The notes under the pieces are model-generated. The model made no database searches. It was not told where the DNA came from and was given only the letters and a program-made list of their open reading frames with translations. From the NCBI GenBank assembly GCA_044356215.1, contig JBIKWQ010000003.1:16466-80465 (forward strand): a stretch of 64,000 nucleotides of DNA. The letters are read 5' to 3'. Both the position numbers and the translations under genes were made by a program. The number at the start of each line of letters is the position of its first letter. Within the stretch, counting starts at the first letter, position 1. The stretch comes from Bdellovibrionota bacterium (GTDB taxonomy: Bacteria; Bdellovibrionota_C; UBA2361; OMII01). Positions 20,304 through 29,993 of the stretch are shown here, one piece after another.

Positions 20304-20878
20304 AATGCCGCGATCCGCTCTATTATCTGAGCCCCTAGCGGCGTCAGAATAGATTCAGGGTGAAACTGAACACCATACACTCTATGGACTCTATGCCTAA
20401 GCGCCATGATCAGACCCGAATCATCTTCTGCTGTAATCTGAAGTTCATTAGTGGGAAAATCCTCTTTATCGACTACCCAGGAGTGATAGCGGCCAACGTC
20501 GAATCTCTCGGGAAGCTCACCTAAAATAGGATCATCTTTAAAGAAACGTTTAATCGATGTTGCTTTACCGTGAACAGGTGAGGCGATATTTCTCAGTTTG
20601 GCCCCATAAATCTCTCCGATGCACTGGTGACCCAAACAAACCCCAAATATCGTCTTCGTCGCACCAAAGCTACGAACTATATCAGGCATCAATCCCGCTT
20701 CCATCGGTATCCCCGGCCCCGGCGAGAGAACGATCTTTTTAAAAGGCTCCACATCGGCGAGCGCAAGTTGATCATTTCTCTTAACGTGAACATTGACGTT
20801 ACCCACACCCCGCAGCATGTGCACCAGGTTATAAGTAAATGAGTCGTAGTTATCTATTAGCAGGATCTCTTGCATCAC
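20300..20878 (-). CDS. trpG: Anthranilate synthase component II
   Basis: IDNYDSFTYNL, LSPGPG, GVCLGHQ, RYHSW, GVQFHPES. Confidence 0.96.
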   Translation of the reverse strand: MMQEILLIDNYDSFTYNLVHMLRGVGNVNVHVKRNDQLALADVEPFKKIVLSPGPGIPMEAGLMPDIVRSFGATKTIFGVCLGHQCIGEIYGAKLRNIASPVHGKATSIKRFFKDDPILGELPERFDVGRYHSWVVDKEDFPTNELQITAEDDSGLIMALRHRVHRVYGVQFHPESILTPLGAQIIERIAAL

Positions 20879-22314
20879 AGCACCTCTCCCCTTGTCGCGC
20901 TCTCCGCCTTATCTATAGCTAATCTAAGCGCCCTAAGCTTTATATGAGCCTCAGCCAATTCAGATTCCGGTTTTGAATCAAAGACGATCCCCATTCCCGC
21001 TTGATACGCTAGTGTTTGACCGACACTTAAGAAAGATCGGATCATAATCCCAAGTACCACATCACCATTAAAGCCGATAAATCCAACACAGCCGCCGTAG
21101 TGACCACGCCCGTGGGGCTCAATTCGATCAAGTATAGTCATAGCGCTGTGCTTTGGAGCGCCTGAAAGAGTCCCTATCGGGAAGGTGTCACATATGACTC
21201 TTAGTACCGTCTCTACAGATCGGTCCGGAAGATTACCTAAAACTTTTGATACTAGATGAATTAGGTGCGAATAGAAGTGCGTCTCGCGATACGCTGCCAC
21301 TCTTACCTCATTTGCGTAACGACTGAGATCGTTCCGCGCGAGATCTACAAGCATCGAGTGCTCGGCGTTCTCTTTCGGATCCTCTAAAAGGCGCTTAGCC
21401 TCTCTTAGATCTAGCTCATCATCACCACTTTTCTGGTATGTGCCAGCTATTGGGAATATTCCGGCGACCCCTTCGGTGATTGAGATCTGCGCCTCTGGCG
21501 ACGAACCGATTAAGCGGTAAGAGCCGTAATCACAGTAAAAGAGATAAGGAGATGGGTTTATTGATCGAAGCGCCCGATAAACCTGAAAGTCATCTCCCTC
21601 GTATCTCCGTAGATAACGCCTGGATGGCACAATCTGAAACACATCCCCGCGGGCTATGTGGCGTTTGCAGGAATTGATGAGACCAAGAAAGTCCTGGTCA
21701 CTCTGTACCGACACCTCATCACCCACGACTTTAAATGGATAAACCCGCGCGTCCCCGGTGAAAGCGGCTCTAATAAACTCCTCACGAGCTCGGCGTGTAT
21801 CAGAATTATCTTGAGTTGTGTTCTCGAGTACATACGCCTCACCCTTGAATGGATTACACGCAATCACGTAACGGAAGAGTGAGAAGTGTGCGTCTGACAC
21901 CTCGAATCCATCTGGCGCCTTAGCTGTAAATTTTATCTGCTCAAGATATGGGATCGCTGACCAGGAGATATGTCCAAAAACTCCGGGAGTAACTCCCTTA
22001 GGGATATCTCTATTAGAGGTATCTACCTCAATACCACGCATAAATCCGCCAAGAGCTTTTGCCAGGCCAGTTGCTGGCTCAATCTCAAACTTCACCTCTT
22101 CATTGTCCTCATAGCGAATCGAGCAGCTTCCCTTATCGATTACACATTCAGCGATCGGATCACAGCAGATAAACGAGCGGCAATCTCCAGGACCGTGATA
22201 ATCCGAACTCTCGAACAAAAAGACTCGTGAGTAGCGGTCCCTTAGTCGGAGATAAATAGCGGCAGGCGTGGTTAAATCGAGGGGAACTGTCGTGAAAGAT
22301 GGGGAGATACGCAT
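20875..22314 (-). CDS. trpE: Anthranilate synthase component I
   Basis: GDVFQIV, YRALRSINPSPY, GSSPE, PIAGT, EHSMLVDLARND, GTLSGAPK. Confidence 0.95.
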   Translation of the reverse strand: MRISPSFTTVPLDLTTPAAIYLRLRDRYSRVFLFESSDYHGPGDCRSFICCDPIAECVIDKGSCSIRYEDNEEVKFEIEPATGLAKALGGFMRGIEVDTSNRDIPKGVTPGVFGHISWSAIPYLEQIKFTAKAPDGFEVSDAHFSLFRYVIACNPFKGEAYVLENTTQDNSDTRRAREEFIRAAFTGDARVYPFKVVGDEVSVQSDQDFLGLINSCKRHIARGDVFQIVPSRRYLRRYEGDDFQVYRALRSINPSPYLFYCDYGSYRLIGSSPEAQISITEGVAGIFPIAGTYQKSGDDELDLREAKRLLEDPKENAEHSMLVDLARNDLSRYANEVRVAAYRETHFYSHLIHLVSKVLGNLPDRSVETVLRVICDTFPIGTLSGAPKHSAMTILDRIEPHGRGHYGGCVGFIGFNGDVVLGIMIRSFLSVGQTLAYQAGMGIVFDSKPESELAEAHIKLRALRLAIDKAESATRGEVL

Positions 22315-22390
22315 AAAATATAAGCCAGGTTAGGACCAGTAGAATAAAAAGAGTAGCTAAAAAATATGAGGCGCCGGGAATATGTAGGGG

Positions 22391-22468
22391 CTAGGCCCAC
22401 CAGGAGTGGGATGAGATATTGCCCCATTGGGACTTATTTTTATGAGCTTTTGCTGGCTGAACACTCAT
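22391..22468 (-). CDS. trpL: trp operon leader peptide MSVQPAKAHKNKSQWGNISSHSWWA
   Basis: 25-codon ORF with 3 Trp codons, including a WW pair just before the last codon, 76 bp upstream of trpE. Confidence 0.88.
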   Translation of the reverse strand: MSVQPAKAHKNKSQWGNISSHSWWA

Positions 22469-22509
22469 TTTTATAAGATACCTGGAGTTACAACGCTGGT
22501 CAAGAAATA

Positions 22510-23946
22510 TTAGGGGATGTCTTCTAGGAGCTTTAACAGGGAGCGAAATTTTATTAGGGGGCTATTGTGGCTCTCCAGATATGAAGCGGCTTTATCATCA
22601 CTAAAAGGAGCATTTAAATCATCCCATATTGGCCAAATCAGCGATTTATACATGTGAACAGCCGCCGCTCTCATCGCTAAATGCTTTAGCTCCTCTCTTT
22701 GCTGAGGACCTTTCTCATATCCATTCATGAAACTATCAAATAGGCTTAAGTCTATCTCCCCATTCCTTGGCCATCTGCTCCAAATATATAGTATCCATCC
22801 TAGCATTACAGGCTCTGGAACGATCGCAACCCTTTCTAAATCCAGCATCGCTACTCTGCCGGAACCATTATTTCTATCGTACTGCCAGTTTCCTAAATGC
22901 GGATCTGAATGAGTCAAACAACACCTGTGATTCAGATTAAATGTATCTTCATACCAACTACATAATCTCGTGAAATTATGAGTATTAAAATTTAAGAGCT
23001 TGAGCGTGGCTTTTAGCTGCGGAGATCCTGACAGCTCCCGATTCAGCAACTCCTCTTCGTGGCTAAAGAGTCTTGCGACTGTCGCGCCTATTTTTCCTCC
23101 GCTGACGGTATTGCCTGTAAAGCCATCACTCGACACATATCCGAGACCTTCCACTTTTATATCAGCAATGCGCCGCATGAGTTCACCGGCTTTGCGCACA
23201 GCGCTGTGTAAAAGGCTCGCGTCTTCATCGCTCTTAGTGTTTTCAGCTCTTAGCAAGATCGCTCTAATCGTCTCTCCAGGTGCAAAAGTAAAAAAAGTAT
23301 GCAAAAAAGGGGCGCTAGTAATCAGCTTACAATCGATCTGATCATGCACCCCATGCTGCTTAAAAAACTTTGATATCCTGTATCTCTGCTTGAGGCGCTC
23401 AAAGCTATCAGACTCAGATTTCTTGGCAACTAGCGCCACTATCTGCGACCTATCATCCCGTAATGCCCAGAAACTCATACCTTCGCCAATGATCTTGAAA
23501 TCTAACGGTGACTCGTCCTGACTCCTAATAACGCCCCCTGGCAGCACCCTTTTACTAGTTACTTTAAGCAACTCATTTAGGGCCTTCTCGCGGAAATTAT
23601 TGAAGCCGCCTCTTAGCTCGGTATTGTCCTTTAATGAGCCCCTCTTCAGCTCCGAGTCCATCGCCGCCAGGCTCAGCGGGAGTTCATAAAGCGCCTGCTC
23701 GCATCCTTCTCCCGCGTCTGATATCAGATCTATTTTATCCAATACCCTGACTAAAAGCCGCTGCAACGGAGAATCTTGAGCATGTGCACCAACAAACTCT
23801 TCCAAAGCCTTTCGAGTTAAAGCTACATCTGCAGCTAAACCTCTAAAGCTATTCTTTAAAAATGACTGTGGAGACAACCTACGCTGCTCATTTTCTAAAT
23901 GGGGTATGAAGTCCGGTCTTACACCCGAACGCTGATCGAACGCCAT
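22510..23946 (-). CDS. APH/choline-kinase-like phosphotransferase with helical N-terminal extension
   Basis: IIGEGMS glycine loop, LTHSDPHLGNW catalytic loop, MLDLE metal-binding motif. Confidence 0.65.
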   Translation of the reverse strand: MAFDQRSGVRPDFIPHLENEQRRLSPQSFLKNSFRGLAADVALTRKALEEFVGAHAQDSPLQRLLVRVLDKIDLISDAGEGCEQALYELPLSLAAMDSELKRGSLKDNTELRGGFNNFREKALNELLKVTSKRVLPGGVIRSQDESPLDFKIIGEGMSFWALRDDRSQIVALVAKKSESDSFERLKQRYRISKFFKQHGVHDQIDCKLITSAPFLHTFFTFAPGETIRAILLRAENTKSDEDASLLHSAVRKAGELMRRIADIKVEGLGYVSSDGFTGNTVSGGKIGATVARLFSHEEELLNRELSGSPQLKATLKLLNFNTHNFTRLCSWYEDTFNLNHRCCLTHSDPHLGNWQYDRNNGSGRVAMLDLERVAIVPEPVMLGWILYIWSRWPRNGEIDLSLFDSFMNGYEKGPQQREELKHLAMRAAAVHMYKSLIWPIWDDLNAPFSDDKAASYLESHNSPLIKFRSLLKLLEDIP

Positions 23947-24085
23947 AATCCACAGAAGCTCAAAAAATACACGCTCTCTGCTTCATTCTCGCGCTCTTTT
24001 TAATACTAATCAAAATTTCTGTGTCGGGTTTAGGGCGTCCTAGACCTTATGAGGGTGGGATAGTTTGTTTTGGATCTAAACACTA

Positions 24086-24465
24086 CGCAGGTGATTTTTG
24101 AAAAAATCACTCGCAATAGCAGGGCGAGCGCAATCTTGGCGCCTGCAGATCAGTAGTAGCCCATTTGCGTCGTAAAAGACAAAAAACACTCGAGCCGCAG
24201 CGCAGGACTATCTAGTCGTTGAAAGGCGTAAGACTATTGGTGTGTGGGTCGATTTTTAAACGGACAGGAACGCAAATTACTGGCAAAAGAGCTACGGCTT
24301 GAGCGCTATGCGTGCTTCTTGAGATAGAATTAAGTGCATATTTCTGCTCGACGCCTTCACACGCTCGGCACGTAGGAGTTTGTTGTCTTCTACGGCTCAA
24401 CTTGGCTCCGCCAAGATTGCGCTCGCCCAGCTATCCTAATTCATTTTTTTCAAAAATGAATTAGG
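24086..24465. other. Structured intergenic element bounded by inverted hairpin + 26-bp repeat modules
   Basis: 24116-24141 ATAGCAGGGCGAGCGCAATCTTGGCG and 24409-24434 form a 25/26 inverted repeat; each is flanked externally by an ATTTTTG-A-run-T hairpin; several internal complementary segments. Confidence 0.7.
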
Positions 24466-24471
24466 CTGGGT

Positions 24472-25572
24472 TTATACCCCAACCTTCCCCACATACCCAG
24501 TCATCTCAAGATAACCAAATATCCCCTCATCCTCCGAGGTTACCGGCCCCTCCCAGTATTTAACTCCGTGCGCTGATTGATCATCCAAACCACCGCCAAC
24601 TTCGCATTGATTAACTCTGGCCTTCAAAACTGCATCGATCCCCTCTGACGGAACCACTACACGCCACTGTATCGGATAATCAGCTCCGCTCGCCGCGCTC
24701 TTCCAATTAACTAAAGGTGTAATCTCAAAATCACTCGCGCTAAGCGCGCGCGTCCCTGTAAGGCTCCTTATGCCACCGGAAGCGAAATCCTGCACTCCGT
24801 TTTTATTCCTTAGCCTAAACAACATTAAGCTTCGGCCGTCTTTTAAATTCAGACCAAACCAATCCCACCCGACCTGATCAGAGCTAAGTGAGTTAGTCAT
24901 AAACTCGTGATCCATCCAGACTAAGCCAGATAAATCCCTCAACTTCCCCGCTCCCTCTCGTAAAGTGGCGCTTACTGCGATTCGCGGCATCGAGTAATAC
25001 ATTGATGCGCATGACTGACAAGCAGCCTTTTTACTTAATCCAAGTTCACCCTGCAACCACGGCGGACTCAGATCCCCACTTAAGACCCGCAGCTCCAGAT
25101 CGAAACCTCTCTCCCCGTCTCGCACTGCAAAACGCGCGAAAAAACGATTCCCCACTGAGTCTATCGTCCAGTCACCTGAGTGAGCCGCGAGAGAATCATT
25201 AGCCACAGATGATATGCCCAGCGCACCTCCACCGACTCTCTTTGCATGATATGTTTTCTGTTTTGAGATATCAGTTAAAGCGGCGTGCGCCATGTACTCA
25301 CTTATTATCTTACCTGACTTGCGATCTGAGCGCCTAAAGAAAGTAAGTTGGAATCCATACAAAGGCTTATCCTCGAACAGCTTGGCTTCCTTACTGAAGA
25401 GATGTCCAGTGTAGTACCACCACTCAGTCTGATATTGGTCATGGGCTCCATGATCTCGTGGGAAACTCCATTCATACCCCTTCTCAGCATGTTTTAACTC
25501 CTGCGCTATGACTAACGGGAGAGCTAAGATAATCGCGAAAAAAGCCGATAATACCGAATAAATCTTACTCAT
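24472..25572 (-). CDS. Lipocalin-like / AttH-CrtC family secreted protein
   Basis: FPRDHGAH...TEWWYYTG, GFQLTFFR, WMDHEF, GWDWF, YWEG, GYLEMTGY. Confidence 0.9.
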   Translation of the reverse strand: MSKIYSVLSAFFAIILALPLVIAQELKHAEKGYEWSFPRDHGAHDQYQTEWWYYTGHLFSKEAKLFEDKPLYGFQLTFFRRSDRKSGKIISEYMAHAALTDISKQKTYHAKRVGGGALGISSVANDSLAAHSGDWTIDSVGNRFFARFAVRDGERGFDLELRVLSGDLSPPWLQGELGLSKKAACQSCASMYYSMPRIAVSATLREGAGKLRDLSGLVWMDHEFMTNSLSSDQVGWDWFGLNLKDGRSLMLFRLRNKNGVQDFASGGIRSLTGTRALSASDFEITPLVNWKSAASGADYPIQWRVVVPSEGIDAVLKARVNQCEVGGGLDDQSAHGVKYWEGPVTSEDEGIFGYLEMTGYVGKVGV

Positions 25573-28117
25573 CTTCTAGCCTACCTGAAGTAACTATCTT
25601 CCTAACCAGAAAGTAACTAACTAAACTTGCCACGATTGTTACCGCGATCAAGAAAGCCGCGGACTCAAGCGCGGGCTCAAGACTCACTTTAAATACAAGA
25701 CTCCATCCAAACACCAGCGGATTGATATAGTCCGTTAAACACCACCCTATCCCTATACCGGCCAACACTCCAACAAAAGTCGCCATTGCGGAGATAAGAG
25801 TCGTCTCAATAACTAGCGAGAGCATCAAGGTTTTAGGCGCTACACCGATGACCTCTGCTATCCTTAACTCGCGCCGCCTCTCCCAGATATATTGAGCCCC
25901 TGTCGATACCAATCCTAACAGCGCTAAGACAAACACGATCCAACGCACACTCTCTGTTACTCTAAAGGTTCTGTTAAATAGTGTTTCAACTAGATCGAAG
26001 AGCTCGCGCTGATCGCGGATACCGAGTGTCACTGGCAATTGACGTTTTAGACGCGATTTAATCCCCTCTAGCTCAACCGGATCCTTTAGATCGATCGTTA
26101 AACTATCTGGATAGTGATTCGGATATATACTCTCAAAATCCTCCTGATCGATCACTATTAATGGCGCCTCTGTCCCAAACTCTTGAACTACCCCAACAAC
26201 CTCAAAATCCCTCCCTTCTAGATGTACACGGCCACCGATATCGAGCCTTAGCTTTCTCACCGCGTTTTCACTTATAAGCGCTCGTCCGCGCCACGATATG
26301 TTGTCGCTTAAGCAGTGGCCATTGGTGAATCTATAGACACCCCTTACACATTGAGTCTTGAGGTTAGCCCCTCCCACCACTGTAGGTATACTAAATGAGC
26401 TAACAGTTGTCTCAAAGTACGGGACGACCGCTTTTACCCCTGACAGCCCCTCAATCTCTCTGGATATTACTGGTTCTACTCGCCCATCGTTACCACTGCC
26501 TGGCAGTGCCGATGAGATAAAGATATCTCCCGCTAATCTGGTGCCGCACCAGCCTCTAAGAGTCTCTCTAAAGCTACTTACCATCAAGGCGAGCCCTACC
26601 ATCAAAGATATCGATACGCTCGCCGCGACTGCGCTTAGAATAAAGTTAGCGCCTGACTCTCTTAAGACCGACGCCGCTAAACGAACACTCAATCGGGCTC
26701 GAAAGGGCGCGATAAATCTCGGTATGAGCTGTAACGCTAACGGCAGAGTCATAGCGGCCCCTAACAGGATCGCGGCGATACTGAGATAAGCTAACACTGG
26801 TCGCTCAAAATAGATCAGCGCGAGTAGAACAAAGAGCGCGCTGAGGATCCCAAAACTAGCCGCGGTAGCGGCGAAGTTAAAGCCTATCTTATGAATCTGC
26901 CTCTGCTCACAACGAGTGCCACGATAAGGCGGAAGGACTAGAACCTTTCTAGATCCTACTAGCGCCGCTATGGCTCCCAAACAAGTCATGACTAGCGTTA
27001 CTAACGCCGTATTCCAAAGGGAATTAACCCCATGCGCTTGGTAGAGAGCCACATTATATATCTCTCCAGCCGTCGAGCTTAGAAACCCACTAATCCTCGT
27101 CACTATCGGAGCGCCTAAAGTTAGTCCAATAAGCGAACCAAAAAAGCTAACCAGGGCCGCTTCTATTACCACCAACGCTAAGCACTCTAAGGGGGATGTC
27201 CCGATAGTCCTTAAGATTGCAAGTTCTCTTATTAATCCGCGCAGAGCTATCTGAGTCGCCTGTGAAATCAGTATCGCGCAAACTAGCGCTGTGATCGCCG
27301 CCATAATTAAGATATTAAAGCGGTACGCTGAAAGAAGCTGTTCTCCGCGCTCAATCGGCGCCGCTACGGATTCAACTCGAACCGGCGTACTATCAGGCGA
27401 GCAAGATAAGAGCCAGCTCCTCGTTAAATCAACAAGCTCTCGGCTGAAGTTGTTCTTCTCCGCGCCTGCGGCATACTGATAGAATCTAAGAGCTAACGTA
27501 TCAACGGCGCCTACTTGACCTAGATCTGATAACGCGATCGCGAGATCGCTCTGAGCCGGAATCGTGTCACCCTGGGTGGCGCGGTATACCTCCAACTCAA
27601 ATTCACTATTACTTGTGGTCAGCGATATCGTCTTAGAATCCCCGACTCCTAATTCATCAGCTAGATCACTGGCGATGAGCCGTTTGGGGGCTGCGGCTTC
27701 GTCGCTCAGCTGACTAAATAGATACAGAGCCGCCACCCTAACGGCCTTTGTTTTACCAGCTACAGAAACTACCCCAGCCTCACGTTTCAGAGCCAATACT
27801 TCAGCCTTGCTCGACAATTCTCTTAAACACGACGCGTACCTGGAAATCTCTAAACTGCCCCCGACCGGCGATATCAATACGTGGTATGGACGCTCACCTA
27901 ACGAGATTCCTCGTTCAAATGAATCAATACTCGCTAAACTAACCCTTAAAACCGCGCTGACAAGAGTCGCCGCTAGAGCCACGGCGATAAAAGCCATCGC
28001 TGAACGGGCGGGGTCGGTAACGATCCTGCGTAAACTAAAGCGGAACCATAACCACACCGCTGACTTGAACGCTGATCTAACACCTGCCGGCCGAGATCGC
28101 TCCTCGTCACGTCGCAT
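25565..28117 (-). CDS. ABC transporter permease, FtsX/MacB-like (duplicated)
   Basis: Two FtsX-type modules (RELAILRTIG; ERRRELRI..VIG) with periplasmic domains. Confidence 0.88.
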   Translation of the reverse strand: MRRDEERSRPAGVRSAFKSAVWLWFRFSLRRIVTDPARSAMAFIAVALAATLVSAVLRVSLASIDSFERGISLGERPYHVLISPVGGSLEISRYASCLRELSSKAEVLALKREAGVVSVAGKTKAVRVAALYLFSQLSDEAAAPKRLIASDLADELGVGDSKTISLTTSNSEFELEVYRATQGDTIPAQSDLAIALSDLGQVGAVDTLALRFYQYAAGAEKNNFSRELVDLTRSWLLSCSPDSTPVRVESVAAPIERGEQLLSAYRFNILIMAAITALVCAILISQATQIALRGLIRELAILRTIGTSPLECLALVVIEAALVSFFGSLIGLTLGAPIVTRISGFLSSTAGEIYNVALYQAHGVNSLWNTALVTLVMTCLGAIAALVGSRKVLVLPPYRGTRCEQRQIHKIGFNFAATAASFGILSALFVLLALIYFERPVLAYLSIAAILLGAAMTLPLALQLIPRFIAPFRARLSVRLAASVLRESGANFILSAVAASVSISLMVGLALMVSSFRETLRGWCGTRLAGDIFISSALPGSGNDGRVEPVISREIEGLSGVKAVVPYFETTVSSFSIPTVVGGANLKTQCVRGVYRFTNGHCLSDNISWRGRALISENAVRKLRLDIGGRVHLEGRDFEVVGVVQEFGTEAPLIVIDQEDFESIYPNHYPDSLTIDLKDPVELEGIKSRLKRQLPVTLGIRDQRELFDLVETLFNRTFRVTESVRWIVFVLALLGLVSTGAQYIWERRRELRIAEVIGVAPKTLMLSLVIETTLISAMATFVGVLAGIGIGWCLTDYINPLVFGWSLVFKVSLEPALESAAFLIAVTIVASLVSYFLVRKIVTSGRLEDE

Positions 28118-28790
28118 CTACTATCGCCCCATCTCGCATGCGAATAACTCTATTACATCTTGCTACCGCGCTCTCACTGTGAGTCGCCATTATTATCGGC
28201 GTCCCCTGGCGGTTCACATCTTGAAGTAAAGTGAGCACCGAGGCGCCAGAAACGGAATCAAGATTGCCCGTAGGTTCATCCGCAATTAGCAAAGCTGGAG
28301 GTCGCGCTACCGCTCTCGCAATCGCGACTCTCTGGGTCTCTCCGCCGGAGAGAGTCGCTGGCACAACCTTTAGCCGGTGAGACAGCCCCAAGGTACTCAA
28401 GATCTCATGAGATCTTCTAAGCGATTCTCTTTCTCCCCATCCATTCAAGATACAAGGCAGCATTACATTCTCCTCAACCGTCAAAGTTGATAGGAGATTA
28501 AAGCTCTGAAAAACATAACCTATCCGCGCACGTCGATACTCTCTTAGCTTCTTGTCGGTGAGATCTCTTAGCGACACCCCCTCAAACACGATCTCTCCAG
28601 AGCTGGGGATATCTATTAAACCTAGCAAGCTAAGCAGGGTGCTCTTACCACATCCAGAGGGTCCAATTAGCGCGATAAAATCCGGTCGGTTCACCACTAA
28701 AGAAACTGAGCGGACCGCGTTTACCTCGCGCTCCCCATCCTTGAAAACTCGGACCAACTCACGTGCCTCTAAAAGTGCGGCTTCAGCCAT
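28107..28790 (-). CDS. ABC transporter ATP-binding protein, LolD-like
   Basis: GPSGCGKST, LSGGETQRVAIARA, ADEPTGNLD, ATH. Confidence 0.95.
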   Translation of the reverse strand: MAEAALLEARELVRVFKDGEREVNAVRSVSLVVNRPDFIALIGPSGCGKSTLLSLLGLIDIPSSGEIVFEGVSLRDLTDKKLREYRRARIGYVFQSFNLLSTLTVEENVMLPCILNGWGERESLRRSHEILSTLGLSHRLKVVPATLSGGETQRVAIARAVARPPALLIADEPTGNLDSVSGASVLTLLQDVNRQGTPIIMATHSESAVARCNRVIRMRDGAIVDAT

Positions 28791-29976
28791 CGCTATTAAC
28801 CTTTTTTCCTGAGTGTCCAGGCAATCTAATGTGTCGTGCCACTGTGCGCATCACTGTCTGTTCTTTGGACATAGCGAAGATCCAACCACCACAGATCTTA
28901 AATGAACTACCCTCGATTCCAAAGCGCTCTAGAGACGCTGATATACGCCTCTTCTCAATCGGCTGAGAGAGTTGATAAAGCGACGCGAATTTCTCAAAGC
29001 ACTCAGCCGCGCTAAACCACCCCTTAAAGCGCTCCCGTGGCTCGCGCGCTCTTCGTATCAACTCAGCGAACTCAGAGAAGGCTCTGGCGTGAACCGCAAC
29101 ACGTCTCCCTTTAACCTCATAAAAGCCCATCAGATCTCTATGTTTGGGGGTTAATTTAAATGATCCCAACTTATCACGCGGCGCTCTCTCTAACTCACCT
29201 CTTAAGAACGAGCTTAAGTGTCGTCCGTGCAACTCAATCACTCGATTTAAAACACCACGCTCCTCTATAAAGACAAATTTACCCGACGCCCTTAGACCTT
29301 TATTTTTAGAATTAAGTAGATCATAAGGAACCACCATCGGAAAGCTCCTTGGTACCCTACGAGCGCGCTTCGCCAAATTTACCAGCGCTTTAAATGATAC
29401 AAGTAAACTACTCTCGCAACCTGGATATCTACGTTGAAGGAACCGCGAGCCAATGGCGATCTGCCTAAATGATTTAATAACAGATTCAGGAATCAGCAGA
29501 GGTCCATCGCGCCTAGCTATCTTAGCCTCTAAGCCGAGTCGGCCTTGGGATAAACTCACTCCGGCCAGCCCAGAAAGCTCTGGATCCGCTGGATGAAGGT
29601 AATCAGCGGCGGGAAGAAGTGAACCCAAGTAGTATGGTAGGCCAAACTTTTGAGGGGCTGGAATCGTGACTGTGATTAGAGATCCAGTTAATACACTCTT
29701 ACCTTCTACAAGATACTGCCTCTCTGGGGTGGCGCCATCAAATAGCCACTGCTTAGTTTTCTCGATACTCTTATCGGCGATCCCTTGGCTCTCTTGAAGC
29801 ATCCACTTCTGAAAGGTCTCGACCACGCACTCGAAAGCCGATTCTGAAACGAATAGTCCCTTAGGAACAACACGAATATCGTTCCTGCGAGCCTCAAACC
29901 CCTTGTTACCTTTGAGCGACTCAATGAATTTAACTAGCGACGCCTCGCGCGCCTGCTGCGCCTGTCCCTCTGCCAT
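28783..29976 (-). CDS. Hypothetical basic protein, first gene of the ABC operon
   Basis: Long ORF overlapping the ATPase start; ATG 29976 has an AAGGAAGGGG ribosome-binding site. The ORF-track start at 30006 lies inside the MITE. Confidence 0.75.
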   Translation of the reverse strand: MAEGQAQQAREASLVKFIESLKGNKGFEARRNDIRVVPKGLFVSESAFECVVETFQKWMLQESQGIADKSIEKTKQWLFDGATPERQYLVEGKSVLTGSLITVTIPAPQKFGLPYYLGSLLPAADYLHPADPELSGLAGVSLSQGRLGLEAKIARRDGPLLIPESVIKSFRQIAIGSRFLQRRYPGCESSLLVSFKALVNLAKRARRVPRSFPMVVPYDLLNSKNKGLRASGKFVFIEERGVLNRVIELHGRHLSSFLRGELERAPRDKLGSFKLTPKHRDLMGFYEVKGRRVAVHARAFSEFAELIRRAREPRERFKGWFSAAECFEKFASLYQLSQPIEKRRISASLERFGIEGSSFKICGGWIFAMSKEQTVMRTVARHIRLPGHSGKKVNSDG

Positions 29977-29993
29977 AAGAACCCCTTCCTTAG

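Noticed and set aside
24116..24434. Retron msr-msd, tmRNA or RNase P RNA
   Set aside because: No reverse transcriptase nearby and no tmRNA or RNase P signature sequences; kept only as an unclassified element.
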